A stretch of 59,499 nt of DNA, filler included, from 6 parts of 6 records of this genome joined end to end with filler, not necessarily neighbours in it, one strand, 5' to 3'; shown: positions 23,087 to 33,448, numbered from the whole stretch's first letter. The notes: generated from the sequence alone by a model not told the origin. Made by a program: numbers and translations.

Positions 23087-23678
23087 GACACTTGATGACC
23101 TGCACGCATTGTATGGCAAACCGGGTGCCGCAGCGGAGCGGAAAGTTGTTTCGCAGTTAACACCGCTCTATCGGCAATGGATTATGGCGTCGCGTCTGTG
23201 CGTTGTGTCCACAGTGGGTCCAGATGGTACGGATGGCAGCCCGCGAGGCGATGACGGCCCCGTCGTGTTAGAATTGGACAGCAAGACATTGGCGTTGCCA
23301 GATTGGCGGGGGAACAACCGGCTCGATACCTTGCGCAATATCGTTCAGGATCCAAGAGTTTCGCTGATGTTTTTTGTGCCGGGCTCGTCGAATGTTGTGC
23401 GCGTCAACGGCTCTGCAATTGTGACGGATGATGCCGCGTTGCGGGCACGGTTTGAGAAGCAAGGCCGACAGCCCGCGACCGTCATTGTCATCCAGATCGC
23501 CGAAATATACAGCCAATGCGCACGTGCGCTGATGCGGGCCAAGACTTGGATCAGTGGCGACAAAAGTGCCCAGTTACCAACGATTGGTCAGCTTTTGGCC
23601 GAGGCCACAGATGGCGATGTTGACGGCGCGAGCTATGACGCCGAATGGACAGGGCGCGCGTCTAAAACCATGTGGTGA
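23073..23678 (+). CDS. Pyridoxamine 5'-phosphate oxidase family FMN-binding protein
   Basis: DGSPRGD, LPDWRGNNRLDTLRN. Confidence 0.88.
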   Translation: MQKIKTLDDLHALYGKPGAAAERKVVSQLTPLYRQWIMASRLCVVSTVGPDGTDGSPRGDDGPVVLELDSKTLALPDWRGNNRLDTLRNIVQDPRVSLMFFVPGSSNVVRVNGSAIVTDDAALRARFEKQGRQPATVIVIQIAEIYSQCARALMRAKTWISGDKSAQLPTIGQLLAEATDGDVDGASYDAEWTGRASKTMW

Positions 23679-23688
23679 GCTAGCATTA

Positions 23689-24753
23689 TCAGCTCAGGCT
23701 TCTTTCCAGACAATTGAGCCAGTTTTTGAGGGCAAATTTCTCCAATAGCGGCGCGTCAAACCCGTGGTCTGACAAGGCCTTGAACAGTTTGGGCACTCCG
23801 GTGACATCGCCGATCAGCGATGGCACGACGCAGCCATCAAAGTCCGATCCAAGACCGACATGATCTTCACCCACCTGCTCAATCAGATGATCAATATGCC
23901 GGATCATCGTGTCCCAACTCACATCTGGCGAGGCATTGCCATCCGCGCGCAAATAAAAGGTCGCATAGTTGAAACCGACCATCCCGCCTGTGTCGCGAAT
24001 TTGATGAAGCTGCCTGTCGGTCAAATTTCGGGGCGAGGCGCAATGTTCAAAGGCATTGGAATGGGTGGCCACCAAGGGAGCGGTTGAAATCGCCGCCACG
24101 TCGTTGAACCCGGCTTCGTTCATGTGGGACAGGTCGATCAAAATCCCAAGTTCATTGCACAGCCGCACAAGGTCTTTGCCTTTTTCCGTCAAACCGGGCC
24201 CAATATCCGGCGTGCCCGGGAAGGCCATAGGGACACCGTGCCCAAAGATGGTGGGGCGGCTCCAGACAGGTCCCAGGGATCGAAGGCCCATATCGTGAAA
24301 AAGGTATAGTGCATCCAGATCTGGGCCGATCGCCTCGGCCCCCTCCATATGCATCACCCCGGCTATGACGTCGTTGTTTAGCGCCTCCCGAATGTCATTT
24401 GTGGAACGGCAGACTTTAAAATCCTGCGGGGCAGCGCGTTCCATCCAATGCAATAGGCCCGCCATTTCGAGCGCGACGGGTTGCGCCACCTCATGTGTCA
24501 TCAACGGCGGAAGTGGGATGTCGTAGGGCGGGTTCGCCATAAGAGTTTTGAAATCAGGGGGCGGTCCGCTAGAGACCGGTGGGACAAATATCGCAAATAG
24601 GCCTCCCGCGAACCCGGAGTCCTTCATCCTGGCCAGATCAAGATGGCCTTGTTTTGCGGATCCCAACCAGGTTTCACTGCGAGGGGCGGAGGATTTCATC
24701 AGGCGGAGAAGAAAATCGTTATGCCCGTCAAAGAATGGAAGCTTGGGGGTCAT
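23689..24753 (-). CDS. Membrane dipeptidase family (peptidase M19)
   Basis: DGHND, IDLSH, ATHSN, GLGSDFDG. Confidence 0.93.
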   Translation of the reverse strand: MTPKLPFFDGHNDFLLRLMKSSAPRSETWLGSAKQGHLDLARMKDSGFAGGLFAIFVPPVSSGPPPDFKTLMANPPYDIPLPPLMTHEVAQPVALEMAGLLHWMERAAPQDFKVCRSTNDIREALNNDVIAGVMHMEGAEAIGPDLDALYLFHDMGLRSLGPVWSRPTIFGHGVPMAFPGTPDIGPGLTEKGKDLVRLCNELGILIDLSHMNEAGFNDVAAISTAPLVATHSNAFEHCASPRNLTDRQLHQIRDTGGMVGFNYATFYLRADGNASPDVSWDTMIRHIDHLIEQVGEDHVGLGSDFDGCVVPSLIGDVTGVPKLFKALSDHGFDAPLLEKFALKNWLNCLERSLS

Positions 24754-24790
24754 GGCGTGCACCTCTCAGAAACGGGTTTGTAATGGGGCA

Positions 24791-25525
24791 TCAGTCTTTT
24801 GATTGGTAGGCGTTCACGGCCCGAAGAAGGGAAGAGCAGTCATCATCGACAATTTCCAAGGTCGTAAACTGGTCGACGATGTTACTGAGGTATTCCTTGC
24901 TGGTCCCCAGAAACCCGGTTCCACTGGCGATGAATGAAATCTGTTCATCCCGTGTCAGATTGGGCCAAATGGAGTCCGCCTCATGATCCGCAACAAACGT
25001 CAGGGCCGTTACAGGGCGGTCGTCCAGAACCACCGGGACAAAAGTCGGAATGTAGCCAGGGCCGACCATTTCGCGACGCCATAGGACTTCGGTTTCTGTC
25101 TGAACGTCTTTAGCAGAAATTCGAAAAGCTAGACCATTGCAGCTGGGACCATGATCCAATGCGGCCATCAATCCGGGATTTTCCGGTGTGCCCCGTCCAC
25201 CGTAGACGTCTTTAAGAACGAAACGCCGGGCAAATCCCTGCACTGACGCGCGGCGAACCTCTTTGAAATGAAACGCCGGATCCCACATCAAAGACCCATA
25301 GCCGAAAACCCAAAGATCTTGGTCACCATGGTTTTCTAATGTCTCAGTTCTTGAAGCTTCGCGTATGTCGTTCGTGTGAAGCAGCTCTAACACCCAATGC
25401 AGCTCTGGCTTGCTTTCAAAAACCGAGGCGACGCTGAAGGTACGAAAAAAGGACTCATTCGGGTCTGTAATTTTACCAACCAATTCAGGATGGTTTGCAT
25501 AAGCTGTTGTTGGAATCGGCATCAA
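24791..25525 (-). CDS. ChaC-like gamma-glutamylcyclotransferase
   Basis: WVFGYGSLMW, RGTPENPGL, LWRREM. Confidence 0.88.
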   Translation of the reverse strand: MMPIPTTAYANHPELVGKITDPNESFFRTFSVASVFESKPELHWVLELLHTNDIREASRTETLENHGDQDLWVFGYGSLMWDPAFHFKEVRRASVQGFARRFVLKDVYGGRGTPENPGLMAALDHGPSCNGLAFRISAKDVQTETEVLWRREMVGPGYIPTFVPVVLDDRPVTALTFVADHEADSIWPNLTRDEQISFIASGTGFLGTSKEYLSNIVDQFTTLEIVDDDCSSLLRAVNAYQSKD

Positions 25526-25543
25526 ATTCTCCCTGAATTGGGG

Positions 25544-26068
25544 TCACGCCGCGGACGGCAGCATCTCCATGAACACAGCGAGGTCCGGGGTGTCTAAGGG
25601 AAAGTCTGCTTTCGTCCAGCTCACTTCGCAAAATCCAGCTTTGCGATAGATCGCATGGGCCGAAGCCATGGATTTGTGACTGGACAAGAGATAGCGGCGA
25701 TAGCTCATATCATTTGCCCGCGATAGCAGCTCTGCCATAAGGTTTTCGCCGATTTTGTGCCCTCGAAATTCAGGCCGGACATACATGCGTTTGACTTCCA
25801 TTGTCTCTTCATCCCGTCTGAAGAAACCAACACACCCAGCGGGCTGATTGTCGACATAAGCGACAAGGATACAGCCATGCGGCGGGCCAAATTTCCCAGG
25901 AAGCTCGGCCAATTCCTTGTCCAGTGTCGCAAAGGGGCCGGTGTTCTTGTCAATGGGCGTGTCATCCTCAACGAGGGTTGCCATCGCCCAGCCAAAGAAC
26001 TCTCTGACCAGATTGCGGAAGTCATCGAACTGATCTTCGGTGTCCGGTTGGAGAATTGTTAATGTCAT
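25544..26068 (-). CDS. GNAT N-acetyltransferase
   Basis: EVKRMYVRPEFRGHKIG...AIYRKAGF. Confidence 0.9.
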   Translation of the reverse strand: MTLTILQPDTEDQFDDFRNLVREFFGWAMATLVEDDTPIDKNTGPFATLDKELAELPGKFGPPHGCILVAYVDNQPAGCVGFFRRDEETMEVKRMYVRPEFRGHKIGENLMAELLSRANDMSYRRYLLSSHKSMASAHAIYRKAGFCEVSWTKADFPLDTPDLAVFMEMLPSAA

Positions 26069-26353
26069 CAGATTGACCCTAATTGGGATGAGCTTTTTGA
26101 CAGCGGGAAAACAAGCAACAAGTCTGTGCGGAAATCAGAACAAATGCCAGCAAAATATCTCAGACCACGAATGGTCCATGTGGGCCGGATAAGAGTGTTC
26201 GTCTTGGCCGAGAGAACATCGGATTCCCAAGATCCGCGAAACACGTTACCATGACTAAGTCACGAGAAGTAAGCGACGTTCAAATTGGCCCTCGCAGACA
26301 TGTCCGCCTAGGGGTTTGCCCGGACCGTCCCATTGGTGCCGGGCATCCATAAC

Positions 26354-27370
26354 TCAAAGGCTGGACAGGTCGACGGTTTGGCCCCTTTCCGCAGACTGAT
26401 ACGCCGCTTCGACAAGGGCGAGGGTCTTTAGGTTGTCGGCACCAGAGGTCTTTGGCTCTTCTCCGGATTTCAGACAATCAACAAAATGCTGTTGGATCAC
26501 CTGAACACTTTCCTGAATGTTGTGCCATGGCTTTTCAGCCCACGGTAAAAGCGGAGGAGACACGTCATCTTCGCGCGAGGTTTTGCCCTGAATGGTCAAA
26601 CGATACCCCGCGTCCAGCCGCAATGTCCCTTCTGTTCCATCAATCTCTAACAAAGACTGCGGAAAGGTCTCTGGTTCCCGTTTCGTGGCATAGGAACAAT
26701 CAACAACACTCGTCACGCCGTTTTCGTGCAAAAGCATCATTGTCGCGACGTCTTCTCCGTTGATCGCTGGATTGACGCGGCGCGTTGTGGCCGAAATGGA
26801 AGAGACGTCGCCAAAGAAGGCCCGAGCGATATCCAGAATGTGAATGCCAAGATCTTCGATGATAAACCGTTTGCCTTCGGCCAAATAGGGTTGACCTGAA
26901 AAGACATCATACCCTGAGCGAAAGCTGACCCGCCCGAAAAAAGGGTCGCCAATCGTGCCACCTTGTACCGCCTTCAATGCAGTCTGGATAGCTGATTGCC
27001 AGCGAAAGTTCTCATGCACCATTAGAGTTTTGCCTGCATCACTCACAGCTTTGACCATGGCATGAGCATCCGTCATGGTTTCAGCAAAAGGCTTTTGGCA
27101 AATGATGTGAACGCCACTTTTAGCGGCGGCTTCGACCAAAGGACGATGCGACGGCGGGGTTGTGGCAATATCGAAAAAATCAAACCCACCGTCGGACAAC
27201 ATTTCAGCAGAGTCTGTGTAGGTTCTCTCAATACCAAAAGTCTTGGCGGTTTCAGCAAGGCGCTCTTCATCACGATCACATATCGCCACGATGTCGACCC
27301 CTGCGATGGCACGCCAGGCATGCATCTGGTTTTGTGCGAAAAACCCACAACCGATCAAAGCACCTTTCAT
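26354..27370 (-). CDS. apsD: Gfo/Idh/MocA oxidoreductase, D-apiose dehydrogenase-like
   Basis: MKGALIGCGFFAQNQMHAW, CQKPFA, VHENFRWQ, FRSGYDVFSGQPYLAEG, PWHNIQESV closely match my recollection of rhizobial ApsD; RBS upstream of ATG 27370. Confidence 0.75.
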   Translation of the reverse strand: MKGALIGCGFFAQNQMHAWRAIAGVDIVAICDRDEERLAETAKTFGIERTYTDSAEMLSDGGFDFFDIATTPPSHRPLVEAAAKSGVHIICQKPFAETMTDAHAMVKAVSDAGKTLMVHENFRWQSAIQTALKAVQGGTIGDPFFGRVSFRSGYDVFSGQPYLAEGKRFIIEDLGIHILDIARAFFGDVSSISATTRRVNPAINGEDVATMMLLHENGVTSVVDCSYATKREPETFPQSLLEIDGTEGTLRLDAGYRLTIQGKTSREDDVSPPLLPWAEKPWHNIQESVQVIQQHFVDCLKSGEEPKTSGADNLKTLALVEAAYQSAERGQTVDLSSL

Positions 27371-27507
27371 TCGTCTCTCCCTATCGACATTGTCAGACCT
27401 CAGCCCGAACTTGCGGATCACATACCGCAGTGTTCCGCTGATAAACTCAGACAGAGACGGCAATGACAAGGAAAAAATGTCATCTTGTCACACCAGTTGA
27501 CTGGCGC

Positions 27508-27879
27508 TTACCGATGTTGATCAATCAGGATCGGGTTCCCGTCCGGATCTGTAAGCATGATATGCGCTGGGCCTTCGCTGCCGTCGTCGATTGTGGTTTC
27601 CAGCGTGAGGCCTTTATCCTGTAGTGCTTTTTGCAAGTCTCTGACATCGGTGAAACTGTCCAGATGTTCCGCGTTCTGGTTCCAGCCTGGGTTGAAAGTC
27701 AGCATGTTGCGATCAAACATGTCCTGAAAGAGCCCGATTAACGTGTCCCCGTTCTTAAGGATCGCCCAGCCTTGTTCTGCGACGCCACCCCTTTGTTCGA
27801 ACCCCAAAGCGGCGTAAAAATCCAAGGATTTTTGAAGATCTTTTACGGCGAGACTTACGGAAAATGAGCCTAATTGCAT
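27508..27879 (-). CDS. VOC/glyoxalase family protein
   Basis: [10 protein letters not shown]...[12 protein letters not shown]. Confidence 0.9.
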   Translation of the reverse strand: MQLGSFSVSLAVKDLQKSLDFYAALGFEQRGGVAEQGWAILKNGDTLIGLFQDMFDRNMLTFNPGWNQNAEHLDSFTDVRDLQKALQDKGLTLETTIDDGSEGPAHIMLTDPDGNPILIDQHR

Positions 27880-27934
27880 GACGTCTGTTCCTTTTGGGTT
27901 GGAAAGACTTCAGCTTAACACGAGTTTTGAAAAC

Positions 27935-27966
27935 AAAAAAAGCCGCCCCGGTGTGGGGCGGCTTTT
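27935..27966 (-). terminator. Rho-independent terminator after lpdA
   Basis: agccgcccc/ggggcggct stem flanked by A7 and T4 tracts. Confidence 0.85.
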
Positions 27967-27985
27967 GAATTAAGACCATGGACCC

Positions 27986-29374
27986 TTACATGTGGATCGC
28001 GCCATCTCCACATGCCAAGGCGGCTTCGCGAACGGCCTCTGAGAAGGTCGGGTGGGCGTGGCAGGTCAGGGCAATGTCCTCGGCAGACGCGCCGAATTCC
28101 ATACCAACACAGATTTCGTGAATCAAATCACCCGCGCCGGGGCCAATGATATGTGCGCCAAGAACGCGGTCTGTGTCTTTATCAGCCAAAAGCTTAACAA
28201 AGCCTTCGCCGGCGAAGACAGCTTTCGCGCGTGCGTTGCCCATAAAGCTGAATTTGCCGACCTTATAGGCGCGGCCTTCTTCTTTGAGCTGTTCTTCGGT
28301 TTTCCCAACCGAGGCAACCTCTGGATGCGTGTAAATCACGCCAGGGATTACGCCATAGTTCACATGGCCATGTTTGCCCGCAACGGTTTCTGCCGCAGCC
28401 ATGCCTTCGTCTTCGGCTTTGTGGGCCAACATCGGGCCATCAATCGCATCACCGATTGCGTAAATGCCCGGAACATTGGTCTGCCATTGCGCGTCTGTTT
28501 TGATCTGACCGCGGGGGGAAATCTCAACACCCAAAGCTTCGAGGCCAAGACCATCTGTAAAGGGCCGGCGCCCGGTGGCGACCAGAACAACATCCGCGTC
28601 CAAGGTCGCTTCGCTGTCGTCTTTGCGCAGCTTGTAGCTGACTTTGGCCTTGGTCTTGGTGGTTTCAACACCCTGAACCGCCGCGCCCATGATGAAGTTC
28701 AGCCCCTGCTTTTTCAGCATGCGCTGGAATTGCTTTTGAACGTCGCCATCCATGCCCGGGGTGATGGATTCCAGGAATTCCACCACGGTGACCTCTGTCC
28801 CAAGGCGGGCGTAGACCGAGCCGAGTTCGAGACCAATAACACCGGCCCCAATCACCACCATCTTCTTAGGGATCTTAGGCAGCTCCAACGCGCCGGTCGA
28901 TGTGACCACGAGCTTTTCATCAACTTCGACACCAGGGAGGCTCGAGGCCTCGGACCCTGTGGCCACGATGATATTCTTCGCTGTATGCACCTCATCGCCG
29001 ACTTTAACCTGACCGGCGGCAGGGATAGAGCCCCAACCTTTGAGCCAGTCGATCTTGTTCTTTTTGAACAAGAATTCAATGCCCTTGGTGTTTTGGCCAA
29101 TGACATCGTCTTTGTAGGCGAGCATCTTGGACCAATCGACCTTGGGTTTGCTGCCCATCAATCCCATGGTTTCGAAATTATGCTCTGCTTCGTGCAGGCT
29201 ATGGGTGGCGTGGAGCAATGCTTTGGACGGGATGCAGCCAACGTTCAGGCACGTGCCGCCGAGCGTGTCGCGCCCTTCTACACAGGCGGTCTTCAGGCCC
29301 AGCTGGGCACACCGAATTGCCGCGACATAGCCGCCAGGTCCAGCGCCGATGATGATGACATCATAATTTGCCAT
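27986..29374 (-). CDS. lpdA: Dihydrolipoyl dehydrogenase
   Basis: [21 protein letters not shown]; downstream of sucB. Confidence 0.96.
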   Translation of the reverse strand: MANYDVIIIGAGPGGYVAAIRCAQLGLKTACVEGRDTLGGTCLNVGCIPSKALLHATHSLHEAEHNFETMGLMGSKPKVDWSKMLAYKDDVIGQNTKGIEFLFKKNKIDWLKGWGSIPAAGQVKVGDEVHTAKNIIVATGSEASSLPGVEVDEKLVVTSTGALELPKIPKKMVVIGAGVIGLELGSVYARLGTEVTVVEFLESITPGMDGDVQKQFQRMLKKQGLNFIMGAAVQGVETTKTKAKVSYKLRKDDSEATLDADVVLVATGRRPFTDGLGLEALGVEISPRGQIKTDAQWQTNVPGIYAIGDAIDGPMLAHKAEDEGMAAAETVAGKHGHVNYGVIPGVIYTHPEVASVGKTEEQLKEEGRAYKVGKFSFMGNARAKAVFAGEGFVKLLADKDTDRVLGAHIIGPGAGDLIHEICVGMEFGASAEDIALTCHAHPTFSEAVREAALACGDGAIHM

Positions 29375-29399
29375 TTTAAGGTCCTTTGTGTTGGGTCGG

Positions 29400-29468
29400 G
29401 AGAGGGGCGCTGCCCCTTTTGGCCTGTGGCCAATTCACCCCGGAGTATTTGTTGGAAAGATGAAGATG
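29400..29468. repeat. Rhodobacterales-type REP-like intergenic palindrome
   Basis: aggggcgctgcccct and ttggcc-tgt-ggccaa hairpins plus ttcaccccggagtattt..gaaagatgaag; resembles repeats recalled from Roseobacter genomes. Confidence 0.5.
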
Positions 29469-29470
29469 GG

Positions 29471-29881
29471 TCATAGGAGGGCTGCCAAGAGCATGAGTAC
29501 CGTGGCAGCGAACCCGGCAAACCAGAATACCGTGCGCCAAGGTGTCCAGCCGAAGTAGTAGGCTGGGATATAGAGGATACGGGCCAGTAGATAGGTGATG
29601 GCACAAAGGGCTGTGTTTGCATTGCCCTGGTCGGAGTAGGTGATGATGAAACAGGCGATCGAAAAGAGGATCAGCCCTTCGAAATGGTTGTTGAGGGCGC
29701 GGTAGAGGCGGGCGGTTTTTTCGCTGAGCTGGGATTCCAGGGTGCCGCCGAGACGCGAGGCGTCGCGCGGCGACAGAGTTTTGCCGATGCCGACTTCGAT
29801 ATTCGCAGGAATGGCCATCAAGGCGTATTGGAGGACCTGAAGCAGCGCCGCGAGGGTGAGGATTGTGAGTTCGGGGGTCAT
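29471..29881 (-). CDS. MAPEG family protein
   Basis: RLYRALNNHFEGLILF, YLLARILY. Confidence 0.9.
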   Translation of the reverse strand: MTPELTILTLAALLQVLQYALMAIPANIEVGIGKTLSPRDASRLGGTLESQLSEKTARLYRALNNHFEGLILFSIACFIITYSDQGNANTALCAITYLLARILYIPAYYFGWTPWRTVFWFAGFAATVLMLLAALL

Positions 29882-30270
29882 TTGGCGTCAATGCCCTGAA
29901 TTGCAGAAACGGCGCCTGCTAAAAATAAACCGAAGGATAGGAACACAGGTAAGACGAGACAAATAACATGCATGAATATGCCGAATTTGGAAGCTGGCTT
30001 TTTTCCCAAGAGTGACGATTGAGCGGAAAGATAGGCGACCAACATGCTGACAAAAGTGCAGGAAATGGCGGCCAGAAAGTAATACAAACCGCATTTCAGT
30101 TTCTGCAAGTCCAGAACAAAGGCTTCGCTGCCATCGATATTTCCTACAAAGGTGAGCAGTACAATAAATGCACCGGAGCATAGGGTTATCAGGAACCGAT
30201 ATGCCATGAGGCCGATTTCTTGTATCAGACCCAATCTTTGTTTGTTTGCTTCAAAGTCAATATCTGCCAC
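29878..30270 (-). CDS. Hypothetical 3-TM protein (lower GC)
   Basis: 130-aa hydrophobic ORF overlapping the MAPEG start. Confidence 0.65.
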   Translation of the reverse strand: MADIDFEANKQRLGLIQEIGLMAYRFLITLCSGAFIVLLTFVGNIDGSEAFVLDLQKLKCGLYYFLAAISCTFVSMLVAYLSAQSSLLGKKPASKFGIFMHVICLVLPVFLSFGLFLAGAVSAIQGIDAK

Positions 30271-30290
30271 GCTTCGGACTCCTGTACGGC

Positions 30291-30326
30291 ACGAAGGCTC
30301 CAGCGCATTCGCGCTGGAGCCTTCGT
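30291..30326. repeat. Perfect 16-bp inverted repeat hairpin after sucB
   Basis: acgaaggctccagcgc-attc-gcgctggagccttcgt. Confidence 0.85.
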
Positions 30327-30334
30327 TTAAACGG

Positions 30335-30419
30335 TTACAGATCCATCAGCAGGCGGCGTGGATCTTCCAGCGCTTCTTTGACGCGCACAAGGAAGGTCAC
30401 GGCGCCTTTGCCGTCGACG
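30335..30419 (-). CDS. sucB: 2-oxoglutarate dehydrogenase E2, C-terminal fragment
   Basis: Manual translation VDGKGAVTFLVRVKEALEDPRRLLMDL*. Confidence 0.93.
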
Positions 30420-30519
30420 NNNNNNNNNNNNNNNNNNNNNNNNNNNNNNNNNNNNNNNNNNNNTTAATTAATTAANNNNNNNNNNNNNNNNNNNNNNNNN
30501 NNNNNNNNNNNNNNNNNNN
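30420..30519. other. Artificial contig linker
   Basis: N-TTAATTAATTAA-N. Confidence 0.98.
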
Positions 30520-30657
30520 GAATTCCGGCAGCCGCGCCGCCGCTTCGAGTCTGCGCATCGGAAAGCCAACGGCCAGCTTGGCCAGCGCCGCCTGCAGCGG
30601 ATCATCGGCAATGGCTTCGCGGGCGTTCTGTTTGAATTGGGGAGATGTCGGTTGCAT
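30520..30657 (-). CDS. lutB: Lactate utilization protein LutB/LldF, N-terminal fragment
   Basis: MQPTSPQFKQNAREAIADDPLQAAL, directly after lutA. Confidence 0.75.
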
Positions 30658-30664
30658 GAGCGCG

Positions 30665-31453
30665 TCAGTCCCCACCCATTTCGCTGTCCTGCGGCTCGCC
30701 GATGGCCGGCGCCGCCGTCATCCCGGCGAGGACCTCCGCCGCATGGCGTGCCTTGACCGGCACACCCCGGCGCTGCAGCCGCCCGGCGATGTTCATCAGA
30801 CAGCCGAGATCGCCCGCCAGCACGGTCCCGGCACCTGTGGCGATGATGTCGTTGACCTTGGCATCGACCATTTTTTCGGAAATGTCCGGATACTTGACGC
30901 AAAACAATCCGCCGAACCCGCAGCAGGTTTCCGTTTCCTTGCCCTCGGCAATGCTGAGACCATCAACCGACGCCAGCAGTGCACGCGGCTGTTCCTTGAT
31001 GCCCAGTTCACGCAACCCGGAACAGGAATCATGGTAGGTGACGGTTCCGTCAAACGCAGCGCCCGTCGCGGTGACGCCCATGACGTCGCTGAGAAAAGAC
31101 ATCAACTCATATGTTTTCGCCGCCAGCGCTTCAGCCCGGGCCAGCCACGCCGGGTCGTCCGCCAGCGCTTCGGGGTAATGATCCTTGATCATCCCCGCAC
31201 AGGACCCGGATGGCGCGACGACATAATCATAGCCTTCAAAGGTCTCTATCACGGCCCTGGCAATATCCGTCGCATCCGCCTTATCACCTGAATTGTAGGC
31301 AGGCTGTCCGCAACAGGTCTGATTTGCGGGAACGTCGACCCTGCATCCGGCATCTTCCAGCAGTTTCACCGAAGCGAAGCCGACCACCGGCCGCATCAGA
31401 TCGACCAGGCAAGTCGCGAATAAACCGACGTGTGGGTTCTTAATTTCGGACAT
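30665..31453 (-). CDS. lutA: Lactate utilization CCG Fe-S protein LutA/LldE
   Basis: TCLVD, QTCCGQP, YHDSC, CCGFGG, DLGCLMN. Confidence 0.88.
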   Translation of the reverse strand: MSEIKNPHVGLFATCLVDLMRPVVGFASVKLLEDAGCRVDVPANQTCCGQPAYNSGDKADATDIARAVIETFEGYDYVVAPSGSCAGMIKDHYPEALADDPAWLARAEALAAKTYELMSFLSDVMGVTATGAAFDGTVTYHDSCSGLRELGIKEQPRALLASVDGLSIAEGKETETCCGFGGLFCVKYPDISEKMVDAKVNDIIATGAGTVLAGDLGCLMNIAGRLQRRGVPVKARHAAEVLAGMTAAPAIGEPQDSEMGGD

Positions 31454-31506
31454 CGCTCAAGAATGTTCTTTCAATTCCATATTGGCAAGAGCGACGCATC
31501 GAGCCG

Positions 31507-32751
31507 TCAGAACTGCGGCACGATACGCTGCGCCGATTTCGGCAGCAAAATGAAATAGCGGCCTTCTTCCTTCATCAGACCGGCACGGCGGCCGGCCTCT
31601 TCGCCGAACCCCCAGAACACATCGCCCCGAACCGGCCCCTTGATGGCGCTGCCGGTATCCTGGGCAATGACGAGGCGGCGCAACGGCCCGCCGTCGGTCA
31701 GCGGATCGGTCGTATCAAGCCAGAGCGGAACACCATAAGGAATATGAGCCCGGTCGACCGCAAGACTGCGGCCCGGCGTCAGAGGCACACCCTGTCCGCC
31801 GATCGGACCTTCGCCTTCGACGACCCTGAAGAACACGTAGGACTCGTTCCTGTTCATCAATTCAGTCGCCGCAGCCGGCCGTGCCCGCAACCAGTCCCGG
31901 ATCGCCGGGGCCGTCACGTCAGCAAGCGGCATCGCCCCCATGGCGACAAGCTCGCGGCCGATAGAGGTATATCGACGTCCGTTCCGGCCCGCATAACCAA
32001 GACGCACGTGCGAACCGTCCGGCAGACGAACCCGGCCCGAACCCTGAATATGCATGAAAAACGTATCCACGGGATCGGCGAGCCAGATCACTTCAAGCCC
32101 GCGGCCCCGCAGTGCACCGGCATTGATTTCGGCGCGTGAATAGTAGGGGATCAGTTTGTTGTCGACGATGCGCCCGGCAAGGTGCGTACCCTTCAGCTCG
32201 GCCCGATGCTGCCCCAGATCGATGGATACAAGGTCTTCCGGTCTGGAATACACCGGAATCTGAAACTCGGCTTCCGGCCCCCATCGGCCCAGTACTTCCG
32301 GTTCGTAATATCCGGTAAACAGACCTTCCGGGTCCTGATTGTTCCCCGTCCGATACACAACGAACCGGGATTCGAAAAAATACTTGGCTTCGATCTGGTT
32401 GCCGGGACGGATGATCCGGGCATCCTTGCAGATCGCCTGCCAGTCGGCGACGGTCCCCATGCGCTCGTCATCGCCCATCGGGGTATCTGGATTTTTCTTG
32501 TCGATGGCGTCACAGGAGCGGATCAACGCCGGGAGGACATCAGCAAAGTCTTCGCCGTCCCAACCGTCCAGTTCCTCAAAACTGATATCCCACAGCGTCA
32601 GCGACGGGGCTTCTGCCGGCGGCGCTGTCTGTTCGGGGATCGGCAGGCCCAGATCCGCGCAACCGGCCAAGGTGAGCAGAAGCGCAAGCGAGACCGGCCG
32701 CAGCAAATTCGAACCGCGCCACCCTGATACGCGCGCCCCCGACACACGCAC
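31507..32751 (-). CDS. mltA: Murein transglycosylase A (lipoprotein)
   Basis: LAGC lipobox, TGYYEP, HIQGSG, QDTGSAIKG..RGD. Confidence 0.94.
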   Translation of the reverse strand: MRVSGARVSGWRGSNLLRPVSLALLLTLAGCADLGLPIPEQTAPPAEAPSLTLWDISFEELDGWDGEDFADVLPALIRSCDAIDKKNPDTPMGDDERMGTVADWQAICKDARIIRPGNQIEAKYFFESRFVVYRTGNNQDPEGLFTGYYEPEVLGRWGPEAEFQIPVYSRPEDLVSIDLGQHRAELKGTHLAGRIVDNKLIPYYSRAEINAGALRGRGLEVIWLADPVDTFFMHIQGSGRVRLPDGSHVRLGYAGRNGRRYTSIGRELVAMGAMPLADVTAPAIRDWLRARPAAATELMNRNESYVFFRVVEGEGPIGGQGVPLTPGRSLAVDRAHIPYGVPLWLDTTDPLTDGGPLRRLVIAQDTGSAIKGPVRGDVFWGFGEEAGRRAGLMKEEGRYFILLPKSAQRIVPQF

Positions 32752-32752
32752 C

Positions 32753-33448
32753 TCAGTTATTGCTTTCGGTGCCGATCAGCGTCCAGTTCGGATCCGAAGA
32801 GCGGGTATCGCGTGAGAACGTCCAGAAGTCTGTCACATCGATGACTTCGTTCGGATTTCCGTCGATAATGTTGCCTTCGGCATCACGGAGCGCACTGATC
32901 TGTTCGGAAACGAACTTCACGGTCACCACACTGTGATGACCATCCATCAACGCTTCGATGATTTTTGCGGAGCGGATACCGACCAGGGTATCTTCGAGCA
33001 CTTCACCGGCCCGTTCACGTTCGGTAATCGCTTCGTCAAAATTCTTGTACACGTCAGGGCTCAACAATCCCTTCAGTGTTTTGCGGTCGCCCGACGAAAA
33101 GGCGTTGAGGATCATTTCAAAGGCCATCTTGGCGCCTTCGGTAAACCCGTCCGGGGTAAAGCCCGGATCGGCAACCCGGATCTGCGTCAGCCCGGCCGCG
33201 GACGGATCGCTGTCGTCTATATCCAACGCCGGCGCATCGGCCACGCTCTCGGAACGATCCGGCAACTGCACGACATTGTTGTCATCCTGAGCGGCATCCT
33301 GTTCCGCCTGCTCTCGGTCACGGAACCGGTCTTCATAACCGCCTTCGTGGCCGTCGCGACGGCCCAGTACCCGGCGCAACCGCAGGATCAGAAAACCGGC
33401 GATCATCGCCAGTATGATGATATCGAAAAATTGAAATTCGCCGCTCAT
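32753..33448 (-). CDS. Tim44/TimA family protein
   Basis: LRRVLGRRDG, WTFSRD..DPNW. Confidence 0.9.
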   Translation of the reverse strand: MSGEFQFFDIIILAMIAGFLILRLRRVLGRRDGHEGGYEDRFRDREQAEQDAAQDDNNVVQLPDRSESVADAPALDIDDSDPSAAGLTQIRVADPGFTPDGFTEGAKMAFEMILNAFSSGDRKTLKGLLSPDVYKNFDEAITERERAGEVLEDTLVGIRSAKIIEALMDGHHSVVTVKFVSEQISALRDAEGNIIDGNPNEVIDVTDFWTFSRDTRSSDPNWTLIGTESNN

